From Eledone cirrhosa (Eukaryota): 64,000 nt of DNA. Made by a program: the position numbers and the translations under genes. A model generated the notes under the pieces. That model saw only the letters and a list, made by a program, of their open reading frames with translations. It had not been told where the DNA came from and searched no databases. The DNA is taken from assembly GCA_964016885.1 (NCBI GenBank), contig OZ024742.1, positions 338,768,001 to 338,832,000 on the forward strand, read 5' to 3'. Below, in pieces: positions 21,780-34,966 of the stretch (the first letter of the stretch is position 1; every line of letters starts with the position of its first letter).

Positions 21780-24700
21780 CCTTGAATCTCAGTCATTGAT
21801 GTTGGTTAACTGGAAAGTCCGTTGGATTGAATATCAAGCCACTACCTGCAGCCTCAGATATTCAGGACGTATCGGAGGGTTCTTGCCGTTCCAAGCAAGC
21901 ATGCCTTTTGAAGCGTTCCAAAAAGCGTGAAGGGGCCGATTTTCTTTAACCATCCCTGGAAACCTTTGGAGATAGTCCCCAGTGCGCCTATGACAATCGG
22001 GATCACTTTGACTTCATGGCAGTTCCAAATCCTTTTCACCTCCCACTTTAGGTCCTGGTATCGGTTAATTTTCTCCCTCTCCTTCTCTTGCACTCTCGCG
22101 TCGAACGGGCAGGCCACATCCACAATCAGGCACGATCTTTTTTCTTTGTCCACAACCACCAGGTCAGGTCTATTGTGTTCCAGTTTTTTGTCCGTCTGTA
22201 TCCTAAAATCCCACAGCACCTTCACCTGACTGTTCTCCATCACCGCCTCTGGCCTATGCTCATACCATTTCTCAGAATGTGGTAGATTGTTTACTTTGCA
22301 CAGGTGCCAGTGGATCACCCTGCCCATCACATCGTGTCTCCAGCCCTTATAGTGGGTCTGGGCTAGGTGTTTACACTCGGACACAATGTGGGCCACAGTC
22401 TCCTCTCTCTCTCCACAGATCCTGCACAGTGGGCTAGCCTCCTCCTTGTAGATATGGTGCTTCAACCACTTCGTTTTGAGGGCCTGCTCCTGCGCAGCCA
22501 TTAGCATTCCTTCTGTAGCCTTTTTGAGGTCTCCTCTTCTCAACCAGTTCCATGTCTGTGGATCTCTAAATTCAGTTTTCTCAACGAAGGTACTATGAAG
22601 GGATTTTCCCTTAAGGCTGCTCTTCCTCCTTGATGTTATTTCCTCCTTGGATATCCCCTGGCCTACTGTCCCCTCCTTCAGTACAGCTCTAAGCATTGGC
22701 TCCTTACTATAGGTCACGTATTTGTATAGGTTGTTTTTCTCCATCTGAACACAGTCCTCTATGCTGATAAGACCTCTTCCACCCTCAGATCTCCTTAGGT
22801 AGAGTCTATCGACATCACTCCTCTTGTGGAACATGTTGTAGATAGTCAATAGCTTCCTAGTCTTCCTATCCATTTCTTTTTGTTCAGCAACATTCCATCT
22901 CAGAATTCCCGCACTGTACCTAATAATAGACACAGCTCGGGAATTTACTGCGCTTATGGCATTTCTGCTGTTCAGATGTGACTTCAATACGCTCCTTACT
23001 CTCCGAATGTATTCAGTTCTTAACAATTCCTTCATTTTTTTGTTCTTTATGCCATCAGCCTCCAGAACGCCCAAATACTTGTATCCTTCCTCAGAGTCAA
23101 TTTCCTTTATCATCTCACCTGTTGGTATCTGGATCCCGTTACTTCTGCTCAACCTACCCCTCCTCATCACAATGACTCCACATTTACCAATACCAAACTG
23201 CATACATATATCACTGCTGAAAATACGGACAGTGTCAACAAGCACATCCAACTCCTTCTCACTTTTCCCGAAGAGCTTAAGATCGTCCATGAAGAGGAGG
23301 TGATTGATGGTAAGCTCTCCCCTTCCCAACTTGTATCCTGCTCTCACTTTTCGCAGCATAATGGTCAAGGGCATCAGGGCAAGGACAAACAACAGAGGGG
23401 ACAGGCTATCTCCCTGGAAGATACCTCTCTTGATCTTCACGCTTCCCAAGGATACTCCAGTTGATGTCAACTCTGTCTCCCAGGACCCCATACTCCTGCC
23501 CAGCAACTGTCTGATGTTATCTGCCACCCTGAAGATCTCCAGGCTTTTGGTGATCCAGGAATGAGGCACCATGTCAAATGCCTTTCTGTAGTCTATCCAT
23601 CCCATGGCAAGATCAGTGTGTCTCCTCCTGCAATTCCCCATTACCATCTTATCAATAAGCAACTGGTCCTTTGTACCACGTGACTTCTTTCGGCATCCTT
23701 TCTGTTCGTCCGGTAACAAGTTGTTTGTGTGGAGGTGATGGTAGATTTCCTCAGACACAATGCTCGTCAACAGTTTCCACATTACGGGCAGACATCTGGC
23801 ACCTCACCCGACACCAAGCAGTCATTGAACATGGCCGTCAGCTTCGGGTGGAGGGATGTTAAATGTTTAATCCAATACCCCTGCACACCATCTGGGCCTG
23901 GTGATTTCCAGTTGGTTAGTTTTTTGGCTTGCCCCTTAAGAGTTTCAACTGTGATACTCAAATCAGTCTGTTGTTGTGCCTGCTCACCGATCTCCCTCTG
24001 TACTGTCTCAATCCACCCTGCCTGGGCATTGTGTCTAACATCCTGCTCCCATATTCCTCTCCAGAATGTTTTAGCTTGTTCCGCCCCAGGGATCAAGTCG
24101 TTGCCTCTTTCTTTCCCCTCAAGCTGTCCAAACAGCATCTTCTGGTTGTTGTCGAACATGCGGTTCTGTTTATACTGACTGACTCTGTTCTCGTATCGCC
24201 TGATTTTGGCACTCTTTGCTACAATGCGTTGCTTCAATTCCTCTATGATAATATTTAGCTTTTTACTCCTAGTTTTGTATTTTATTTCCAGTCTATTTTT
24301 AGTGCCTATGTTTTTTAGTGTCCCATTCAGTAGTGACTCAAGCTTTCCTATGTCATTTCTCATTTCCCCGATTTGCCCACTCAGTCGCTTCTTCCACCAC
24401 GGCTCTGCTCTTTCTTGTCTGTTGTTTCCTCTCGCTTTTATACCAAGTAGTTTCCTCACCGTATTTGCTGTTGCTTTGAGGATATTGTTGCACTGGTGAA
24501 GACTCCTCGCCTCAAGGTATGGGATGACTTTGTTTACCTTAGCTGTTGTTTCTTTTAACTTTTTCCTGTCTACAAATCTTAGGTTCATAGGTCTCCCACT
24601 ATCATTGTTCAACTCATCTACCACTAAATTTAGGATGTCAACCGAATCTTGTCCTAGCCCGTCAGCATTCATCTCCTCAGTGGCCGTATCTCTGTTCCAG

Positions 24701-25499
24701 GTATTATTTATCTCAGTATTCAGATCATTGTCTGCTTCGGGTGGTTCCTCCGTTCTCAGGACCTCCTCACCTTCATTTCCCGCCGGCTCGCTTGTCTGGC
24801 ATACTACACCCGCCATCTCCAAGCCATTCTCTCTGCTCAGTTCCTCCAGTTCCAGCTCGCTTATCCACCCATTAGTTCTTATTACCCGAGCCTGCCCGGC
24901 CAATTTTTGTTCATCTAATTTAAATAAACCAATCTCGTTCCAGATGTTATGCATCCGTCTCCTGTAGCCCCTCTCCTTGGGGTTACTTTTCAGGTAGCAT
25001 TGCATAACAGTTCTATTCAATTCTTTCGTCCAGTTGGTTCTGGCCCCTTTCCTTCTTCTTCTTCCTCCAACATCAGCAGTATTTGGTTGACAGTCAGGTT
25101 CCTGCTGCTGAGCCAGGGGGCACCTGTTGGGTGAGAGTCTGTCACATGACGTTCTAGTCTCCATTTCACCGTTATTCGAACTGTTTATGTTCGATATTTA
25201 AACACTCTTATCGAGGATTGGCGAACGTATGTTTACATAGCCATCTGTGGATCCGCCATCCCACTTGGCCCTTGTGTGGCATTATCACCACGCTGTATAC
25301 GGACACACATAAACAAACAAACACACGGGCAGAAAGGGCCCCAAAAATGAATAAGCATAAGTTTCATTGTAATGTAGTATTCGAATGTCTGACTTAGTTT
25401 TTGTTTTTTAAGTTTTTCTTTTTCCCCCCTCTTCTCTGTCCGTCCGCCTGCTTCTCTCTTATTCTTATTTTCTTTACGTTTTTGGGGTTTCTTTTTTTG

Positions 25500-25502
<3 letters not shown>
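21780..25502 (-). mobile_element. R4/Dong-like non-LTR retrotransposon, family B, full length with an internal deletion
   Basis: RT+RLE coding region 25164-21854, ~340-bp 5'UTR, (TTA)n on both flanks. Confidence 0.9.
21854..25164 (-). pseudogene. RT + RLE ORF broken near 23790 by a frameshifting deletion
   Basis: GEVP joins directly to CLPVMWKLL, so the W..G.T.L.K..NYRPIT block is missing; [36 protein letters not shown] present. Confidence 0.88.
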
Positions 25503-25564
<62 letters not shown>

Positions 25565-26142
25565 GAATGCTATGGTTGACGGAGGCTCGGCTCTGTAAGG
25601 TATTGTAAATTTTGACCGCTATAACAATTGTAAACTTTAACCAACTTGTAGACAAAAACACCCTCCTCCTCGTGAGAGGGGTCTTTCTGCCCGTTATTTA
25701 GCCCTTCGGGGTTAAATAACCGCTTATTGGGGTTTTGTGCCCAATATTTATTTTAAACAAAAAAAAACATGTCTACGAAAAACATAGGTCACTCCCACTC
25801 ATTCCGTCTTCTTCTTCCTCAATCGTCACTACAGCAGAGAGAAGATTGTCTCTCTCCCTCCCTTCTCTAAATGTGTCTCTCTCCCTCCCTTCTCTTTCGC
25901 AAACGACGCCAGAAAAGAAAAATCACGTGCAAAGCGTGCAAGATTTCTCCACGACGACGACGACAACGACGAAAGAGGTGTGCGGGAAATGCAAAAACCC
26001 ATTTCATTCGTCTGACGTCAGGAATAATAGCAGTAACAGCCGTAATAACAGCAGCAGCAGCAACAGTGACAAGGAAAACAACAGTAGCAGCCGCAACAGC
26101 ATCAGTAGCAGCATAAACAACAACAGCATTAGCAGCAACAAG

Positions 26143-26192
<50 letters not shown>

Positions 26193-29100
26193 CAACAACC
26201 ACAGCAACAGCGGCGGCGGCAGTAGTCGTAGTACCTGCAGCAACAACAAAAGTAACAGCAGCTCTGACGACAACAACAACAACAACAGCAGCAAAGAAAA
26301 ACCAATCTCGTTTGCAGGTATCGTAAAGAACCTGGAAACCATCCTCATAACAAATGAGGAATTAGAGGAAACGAAGAAGATGGTGACAAAAACTGGACAC
26401 CGAGCAATCTGCAAAGCAGCCGAAACATTTTTCGAAACCCAACAGCACTGTACGGTCACGTACCGTACAGTAAGCACAAAATCCCGTAGGGTTGAAAGAG
26501 CCACAGAGGCTCAAATACAAAAAGCCTTAGGGTCTGTGTGGTAGCGGAAAACGCACATCACCCGAAGCAAGAAATATGCCACCGTAGACGTGCTTTTTGC
26601 CACACCCCAGGAGGCAAAGGCTCAATCCTTAGTGACCCTAAGGAGCGAGGAAATCGTGTTGGTGCCCTCCTACTGCGGGCAAAAAATTGTGAGGGTCAAA
26701 CTGACCCACGTCCCCCCCCCCCCCCCGGGATGGCCCCTTCTTGGCTGGCCGCGTCTGTCCGCGTCGGAATCGAAAACAAAACAACTGTACTGCAAGTACA
26801 GAAAAAAGTAAGAGAAGATTGGGTCGGCACCTCCATTGAGATGTTAATCCAAACCAACCAGGAGTGCATCGAAGCTATCCCGGATGTGATAGACTTCGAT
26901 AACGGCACTCAACTGCCCATAAGTGTTGAGGGCAAACGCCCGAAATGCTTTCGCTGTGGATCGAAGACTCACCTCAGGGCCTTCTGCAACGAGAAGACCC
27001 TGAGAAAGGAGAAAACCCCCCCTCCTTCCGAAACCGGCTCCACGGCTACCAGCAACAAGACAAGCGGCAACCAGGAACGATAGGTCTGTGGAACCCATAC
27101 CCACGCCACGGAAATCAAAAACAGCAGCAGCAGTGGAAGTATTAACAACAACAACAGCAATACCAAATGCAGCTGCAACAGAGACTCCACTGCAAACATC
27201 ACCAACAACAACAAGTGAAAGAGTGGAGCTGGTACCCCTCCCCGACCTCACAGAATCAGACATGGAGTGTGAGGTGGGAGAGGGATGGCAAAAGGTCGTA
27301 AGAAGGCACAAACGCAGAAGCAGCGCATCGTCGCCTTCGAAAAGGGAGGAAAGAAATGAAAAAAGGGTAAAGGCTACTGCAAAGAGACTCACAGCAGCAA
27401 CACCACCAACACCATCACCACCCACACTAGCACCACCATCACCACCGGCGACAACCCCACCGCCAACAACAACAACACCTTCAACACCACCACCACAAGC
27501 ACCAACATCGCAAACACAACAACAAAACACACACACCTAGCAACAACGACAAGAAAATAGCAGAACCGCACCCCACCCCCAGAAAAACAAATACACGGCA
27601 ATAAATACACACAACAAGAAACTAATGACTTACATAATTGAACACACAGACATTTCACAACACGACTAAAAAATACCAGCACCAATCAAAACGCCAACTA
27701 ACATAAGACTGCTAAAAATAGCACAGAAACAATACACAAACATTAAAACGAAATTCCCCAACGCAGTTGGTGATTTCAGAGACCTAGGAGGGACTCTCAA
27801 CCGAAGAGTGTATTCGGACATACTCATAGAAGAGCTGACGACCAGCCGAAGGGACGATTCAACGGTCCCTTCACCAGACGATCAAGTGAAAAGGGATGGA
27901 GAAACCATCCTTCCTCTACGAAAAGTAAGGTAAGTGGTCTTTCCCATCTTTTCCACTCTATTTTAAACATGACCTCACTCAGAATAGGCAGCATAAATGC
28001 GCGTGGCTTGGGGTCGTCATGGAAGCAGGGTCACCTGCTCAACGACCTCAGGTCACTAAACATAGATGTAGTGGCCATCAGCGAGACCAGAATCTCCGAA
28101 GCACGGGCCTTCGAACCGATCTTCGGCGGCTACGATGTGTACGCATCTCCCAGCCGTCCTGGATCGGAGGGAGGAGTTGCTGTGCTTTTTCGGAGAGGTT
28201 TGGATCTCGCCATACGGGCCATCTTCCTGGACCCAGAGGGTAAGTTGGTGGTGCTGGACGTGATCAGCGGAGACGGGCAAGCTTTCAGGCTAGTGGCCGT
28301 CTATGCCCCGACAGGAGCAGGGCGGCCTGATTTCTTCCGGCGTCTGGAGACCTTTCTTGGAACGTCCCGCTCTTTAGTGTTAGTGGGCGACTGGAACGGG
28401 ATCTTAGATGCACGCTGGGACTGTGTGGGATTAGCGGATAAGGGTGGAGGGTGCAAGAGCCTCACCAACCTACTCAGGCGTTTTGAACTGTCTGACAGGT
28501 ACCGATTAGATTTCCAGATCATATCTAGATAGAGTATTTTGTAGGGAAATAGATAGGTCTAGCATAGGCTGTCCACAATTCAAGATAGTCAGCTACACGG
28601 ACCACAAATTCGTGATCTGTGTGCTTGACTTAGATAGGCTTCATAGACGAGGACCCGGCTACTGGAAGCTAAACGCGTCCTTACCAGCGCGCAAGGCCTA
28701 CAGAGACCGGATTAGCAAACTAGTTAAGCGGGCGTTGACGGGGGCCATCGTCAACAACAAGTGGTGGTTTGCTCTGAAAAGAGCGATTAGAATAGAATCG
28801 ATTAGGTTTAATAAGGCTTTAGCAATAGAGAAAAATAGAGCAGAGGGAGAACTAGTTAGAAAATTAGACGAGGCGCTTAGCAAAGGCATTGCGAACGACT
28901 TGCTTGCGGCGAAATTGGCCCTTGACCAATTCTTCAATGCAAAGCACGAAGTCTGCGTTGTCAGAGCTAGGGTGCGTGCTCTCAGACATGAGGGGACGAA
29001 AGACGTTCAATGGGCCCGAGTGGCGGAGGCGCGTCGTGGAAACAAAGCCACGATCCGGTCTTTGGTGGACCATGACGGGCGCATGCTACTCGATCCCGGG

Positions 29101-31598
29101 CAAATGTGTGAAGCTTTTCAGCGACACTTCGCTCAGCTGTTCGGGGGCAACGGTGGGCCGGGTCGAGGGATGGACTTTAGTGTCTACCTCGACGGACTGC
29201 CGCGGCTCTCGGCCACTGAGGCGCAGTGTTGCGAAAAGCCCATAATAGCCGCTGAAGTAAGGGAGGCAATGACTGGCTGTACAAAGGGTAAATCGCCTGT
29301 TTTGGATGGTCTGCCCTATGAACTTTACGTACAGGTGCCAGACTTGTTCGGAGTCCTCTTGGCAGACGTCTACTGCAACTGGCAACAGAACGGGAGAATT
29401 CCCAGTTCTGTGAGCCGAGGAGCGGTGGCACTGCTGAGAAAGGACCCGAACAAGGGGGATAACATAGATAATTTCAGGCCCATAACTCTGCTAAACACAG
29501 AGTTCAAGATTTTGGCCAAGGTGCGAGCAAAGAGGTTGGCGCTTGTCGTTGGTGGTCTGGTGGGAGAGGCGCAGATATGCGCCATTCCCGATAGATCCAT
29601 CCACCACAACCTCCACCTCATGCGATACATCGTAGAGAGGGTAGCTAGGGAACCTGGCACAGGTGGGTTCTTTATCAATTTAGATCAGTCGAAAGCTTTC
29701 GATAGGGTCGACCATCGTTACCTAGCGGCAGTCCTGAGGGCGGCTGGCTTTGGGCCCGTCTTCAGAGGCTGGATCGCTGCCATGCACAGTGACATCCGCT
29801 CTGTGGTGAGAGTGAACGGTCACCTTTCGGAACCGTTCAACATCATGCGCTCGGTCCGCCAAGGATGTCCCCTCTCGTCCCTCTTGTACGTATTGACTCT
29901 CGAGCCATTACTGCACAAACTGGAGACGTTGAGGGGCGTCCTGCGCGAACTAGGATGCGGAAGATCCGTGTCAGCATATGCCGACGATGTCACCGTAGTG
30001 GTGTCGAACGCCAAACACATCGAGGCGATCGGCACTACACTAAGAGAATACGAAGCTGTGACAGGAGCAATGATCAACCAGGAAAAGTCAGTGGGCCTGC
30101 AGCTCGGCACCCGGAGAGGCAGGTCCATGCCGTCCAACAGCGTCGTCGGGCGCTGGACGGACGGACCGGTTAAATTGCTAGGGGTCTGGTTCGGTCCGGA
30201 TCTCCAGACGGACAAAAACTGGGACGAGGTGACGAGCAGGGTGGCTTCTCTCACCCAGAAATAAATGGGCGGAGAGAAAGCTATCCCTGAAAGGTCGAGC
30301 GGAGGTGGCTAACGCGTAAAATCGCGTCTGTCATCTGCTACCGCCTGACCGTCGTACCTTGTCCTAAGCCCTGCCTCACTGCGCTGGAGCGTTTGCTCTT
30401 TCCCTTTTTGTGGAAGGGACGCGCTCCGATGGTTAGGTGGTCCACCTGCTGTCAACACCCGCTACGTGGAGGGCTGTGAATGCCGTGGCTGATAATGCGC
30501 AGACACGCGCTCAGGCTACGACATCTCCACCTCTTCCTCGACGGTGATCAGGTGTGGTCGCCGTTTGCTAGACACGTATTTCCCCAGCTCATTTCCTTGA
30601 CGGAGCTGCAGTCCTGGGTCAAGCGAAGACCGAGAGGGAGCGCCTGGAGAGTGGAATGTCTTCAGGCGCTCATAGCTCTCGACCAATCGGGCAATGTGAT
30701 TGGTGGAAACTCCACCTCAGCGTTCTATAGAGGATTAGTGGAGGGGAAGAGCGACGACGTACTTAGGGAAACTCTAGGCGTTGACGAAAATCAACTAGCC
30801 AATCTCTTCGGAAGAACTTTCGGGCCGGGACCTATGGACAATTTCCAGAAATCTCTGGCCTGGCAGTGCTACCGAGGAGCCTTGCCAGTTCGGGATAAAC
30901 TCTACAGGCATGGAGGTGCCGTCAGCCGGGCATGTCCGAGATGCGCGCAGGGCGACGAAACCGTCCTGCATGCACTCGTCCAGTGTCCGAAAATTGCTGA
31001 CTTGTGGGTTTATGTCGAACACCTGCTGTCGCGTGTAGGACGGATCCGGCTATCATCTGAGTCCATCGTGAGGATTGCCCCGCTCTATTCCTTTAGCCGG
31101 GAAGGGCAAGCAGTTTTTATCTGTCTGGTGGCCATGGCGAAAGAGATAGTATGTGGACACGTTTGAAAGGGCTGAAGACGAGCACTTACCTCTTCGGTGA
31201 TGCCCTGATTGACTTTTTCAAATTTCATTTGAAGAGGAAAATCAGAGAAGAGAGGGGAGTGCTCTCTTCCCAGCATTTTGTTGAAAGATGGGTGAGAGAA
31301 GCAAGAATGGCCCGAGTGAATTGGCCTACTCTGAGTACGTATCTGTAAATTAAAGGTGGAAAACTGGGAGAGGGCACTTGCCTTGGTGGTCAGGGTCACT
31401 GTGGCCTTTTACTGGGCTTTCTCCACAAATGTCCCTCCGAAGTCTCCCCCCTATTGGGGAATTTTTCTTTGTTATTTTTTGTTACATCCTCTGTTTTTGT
31501 TTTTACACGCAGAAATGCTCATTTGTACCGTCCTGTATTGTCCTGCACTCTCCTTAATGTCTACTTTATGTAAACCCTTGTGGTTAATAAAGAAATCA
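25565..31598 (+). mobile_element. Tx1/L1-like non-LTR retrotransposon, copy 3 (degraded)
   Basis: Same 5'UTR/ORF1 type as copy 2; multiple stops and frameshifts; deletion near 28515; (TTA)n at 5' end, (TTC)n at 3' end. Confidence 0.9.
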
Positions 31599-31756
31599 TT
31601 CTTCTTCTTCTTCTTCTTCTTCTTCTTCTTCTTCTTCTTCTTCTTCTTCTTCTTCTTCTTCTTCTTCTTCTTCTTCTTCTTCTTCTTCTTCTTCTTCTTC
31701 TTCTTCTTCTTCTTCTTCTTCTTCTTCTTCTTCTTCTTCTTCTTCTTCTTCTTCTT
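31599..31756. repeat. (TTC)n microsatellite
   Basis: Direct reading. Confidence 0.97.
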
Positions 31757-31768
31757 GAGTGCTCTTGA

Positions 31769-32362
31769 GTGCTACTGGTAACATGTAACCCAGTACAATC
31801 TGTCGCATGGTCGGGTCGGTGGCGACTAAACCGGCAACCCCGCCACGTTTACTTAATGAGGAGGGTGATTTTGGACACCCTGCAGGACAAAAAATAAAAC
31901 CTGACAAAGGGCAGAAGAACTCATAAGAGTCAATGACCATTCAAAAATGTGTAAATATGTATATAGACATGTATATATGTGTATATGTATATATGTATAT
32001 GCATGTATACATATGTGTATATATGCGCGGGGACAGAAATAATCGGGCTGGATACCTGATCGCGCGGTTAAACCACTGGGAGTGAAGGACCCCTGACTTT
32101 GCCAGGGGCATTGTTCTAGGAGAAGGCAACTCAGGAAACTGGGATAACTCTGACGTAAAACCTGCGGCTCAGTAGTTACTGATGTTGTGGATCTTTCCTT
32201 CATTTCGGGTTATAGCTACTGTCACTCAGAGAGTGGGATTGGTTCAGTGCACAGTCTTTCCTCACTTTAAAAACAATCTTTACGCACAGGCATTAATGGA
32301 TAATTATCAATAATGTTATATCGTGCAATGGCCATACTCGATAACGAGAGGGCAGCCATCAT
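31769..32362 (+). mobile_element. Non-autonomous RTE-derived element, copy 1
   Basis: 5' ~175 bp homologous to 34967-35145; GGAGAAGG(C/A)AACTC motif recalled from RTE 5'UTRs; shared 3' end ACTCG-ATAA-CGAG..GGCAGCCA. Confidence 0.6.
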
Positions 32363-32393
32363 ATATATATGTATGTGCGTATGTGTATGTATG

Positions 32394-32936
32394 TTCTTCT
32401 GGTTTTATAATTTCACATAGTTTTACCAATTGAGAGAGAGTCGGTTTCTAACATAGACACAAGATTCTCTCATTGGAATTTACACAACATCAACTAGGTA
32501 GATATGTATGTATGTCTGCATGCATGCATGTGTAGATATGGATGTTATTGTATGTGTGGATGTGTATGTTTTGAGTTGTATGTGTGCATGTGTATATGCT
32601 TTGTATCTGTACATCTGTATATGCAGTTATTAGATGCAAAATTTTTGGATTGTTTTACATATTTTTACTGTTCCATTAATGGATTGTACTTGTAATTTCC
32701 TAACTAGTTGTGTTCTTTCTGTTCCTGTGAAGCCTAGCTTCTCAAGATTTGTATTGAGGCAGTTACTAACATATCCCAGTGCCCCAATAATCACAGGCAT
32801 AAATCTGAAGGTGTAATCAAGGTGGAGTATCTGCAGATTTCTCATCAGTTCTGCATAAATATTCTCCTTTTCACTAATCTTTGATATTATATTGGCATCT
32901 GCTGGGCAGCTAATTTCCACTACTGTGCATGTTTTC
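32394..32936 (-). mobile_element. R4-like family D, short 3' fragment (RLE C-terminus and 3'UTR)
   Basis: VEISCP..K..EKENIY..L..PVIIGALG; near-identical to ~38098-38642; (TATG)n-type flanks. Confidence 0.85.
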
Positions 32937-33007
32937 TATGTATGTATGTATGTATGTATGTATGTATGTATGTATGTATGTATGTATGTATGTATGTATG
33001 TATGTAT

Positions 33008-34878
33008 TCTCTTTCTCTTAATTTCGAGTATATTTTTTTGACCGGCCACCTTCCTGGTGGCAAGGTTGTAAACGAAAAGAAATTGTCATCCCTTGAATCG
33101 CAAGAATGTTTTGCAAATTTTGAAGGTGCCAGCTATCGCAGCCATTTGTAGACTATGAATTAGGGAGCTGCGCTTTTTGTCCGCAAATCCAAGTTCAGTC
33201 ATACTTTGGTCCAAGCGGGTTGGTATATAACCCGTAGCACCAATAATGATGGGTATGAAGCTAAAGGTATATCTTGGATACTGGATTTGTAAACTCCTCA
33301 TTAATGATCCGTAGATGTCCTCCTTCTCCTGTATTTTTCTGACAACGTTTACATCAAGTGGGCAGCTGATCTCCACAACAGAACACGTTTTCAATGTGTG
33401 GTCCCAAACTACAATATCAGGCCGGTTGTGCTTTAATTTGGTGGCAGTTTTTATTTTCAGGTTCCACCAGTATTCCTTAGTGCCATCTGTCTCAATATAT
33501 TCTTCCTCGTTTGTTGTTAATTTTGTTTTCCAAAGTGCGTTCCAGATGGTTCTAGCTATCCCATCGTGTCTCATGGGGAGGTAGTAGCGAGATGACATTC
33601 TTTCGCAGCTGGCAACAATGTGGCTTACATCCTCGATCTTTGTTTTACATAGCCTACATTTATTGTCAGCTGCTGGCCCTCCTCTTTTGTGCAGCAGATA
33701 TTTGGTAGGGAGTTCTTGTTCCTGTATTGCATAGAGATATCCCTGAAGGTGTGATGTCATAAACTTGTCGGAACTCCATGCCAGGCTTTTTGAGTGGTTT
33801 ATCCCCTCTATGGTCTGTGTTTTACGCCTCAAGTATCCATGCACAACTTTTTCTGTAAATTGGTCAATTTTTTTAATCTTGTTTGAACATTGAATAGGAT
33901 CTTCCGATTTCTCTGGGTGAGAGATTTATATCAGGCTTTATTCCATATCTCTCCTCCAGATCAGTCGCTATTCTAATGATATTTCTTTTTTCATGCTCAT
34001 AAACCTGGGCAAGATGGTTGCCAACCTTTTTCCTCTGTTGAAGGTGTTGCTTCAGTGTTACTATCCGGGTCTCATATGTTGTTAATATTGATTTTAGACC
34101 CCGGCCACCTTCCTTGCGTGAGAAGTATAGCCTATCCACATCACCATTGATGTTAAAGTTCCCAGTAACACTGAGAAGTTTTCGAGTTCTAACATCCATC
34201 TCACTTGGTTCTTGCAATGACCAGTTCAGTAGGCCAAATGTTGGCGTTAGAATTGGCACAGCATAAGTATTGTGGGCAATGTATTTGTTGTATGCTGACA
34301 GCTCTGATGACCATATTTTCTTTACTCTTCTGAGGTATTCAGTTCTGGTTCTCTCCTTATTTATGGGTCCATTATATCTGACATTCTCATCCTGTCCAAG
34401 ATATCTGTAGTTGTCACCTGACTGCAGAGGTTGTATTGTCAGGCCGTTCATCTCTAGATTTCTAGAGGAGGGCACAGCTCTTCCACGTTTTACTGCCAAA
34501 TATGCACACTTGGACTCACCAAATTTCATTTTGATGTCGGTTGAAAATTGTGTAATGAGGTCCAATTGTTTCTTGATGTCATTGATATTTGGCCCATACA
34601 ACTTCAGGTTATCAACAAAGAAAAGATGGGAGATACTTCTGGGCCCACTTCTTTGTCCACCTTGTTTCCTGAGTAGGTAAGATAGTGGATTCAGTGAGAG
34701 AACGAAGAGTAGCACTGACAAGCTATCACCCTGAAAGATGCCCTTCTGGTAATGTATCTTATCAGTCTTAACCTGCTCCTTCTCACCTCTAAGGATCAAA
34801 GTGGTGTACCAGTTCTTGGTCAGGCGTTCAACAGCAGCTACCAATGGTTGTGGGACTTTAGCTAACTGTAAAGCCTTA

Positions 34879-34880
<2 letters not shown>
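33008..34880 (-). mobile_element. R4-like family C, 5'-truncated copy 1 (RT C-terminal half and RLE)
   Basis: [14 protein letters not shown] (catalytic DD mutated), CRLC, RHD, RPD; pure (TATG)n at 32937-33007 and 34881-34966. Confidence 0.88.
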
Positions 34881-34909
<29 letters not shown>

Positions 34910-34966
34910 TGTATGTATGTATGTATGTATGTATGTATGTATGTATGTATGTATGTATGTATGTAT

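Noticed and set aside
25165-25345. HDV-like ribozyme in the R4 family B 5'UTR (GGCCCTT/AAGGGCC pairing on the minus strand)
   Set aside because: No P3/L3, P1.1 or J4/2 elements could be placed
9347-31399. Many antisense and alternative-frame ORFs inside the retrotransposons, some recurring in all three Tx1 copies
   Set aside because: Recurrence reflects the high nucleotide identity of the copies; no independent motifs
31356-31940. Poly-F, poly-L and poly-E ORFs (also poly-K/S/L/F at 49736-50331)
   Set aside because: Products of (TTC)n and (TTA)n tracts
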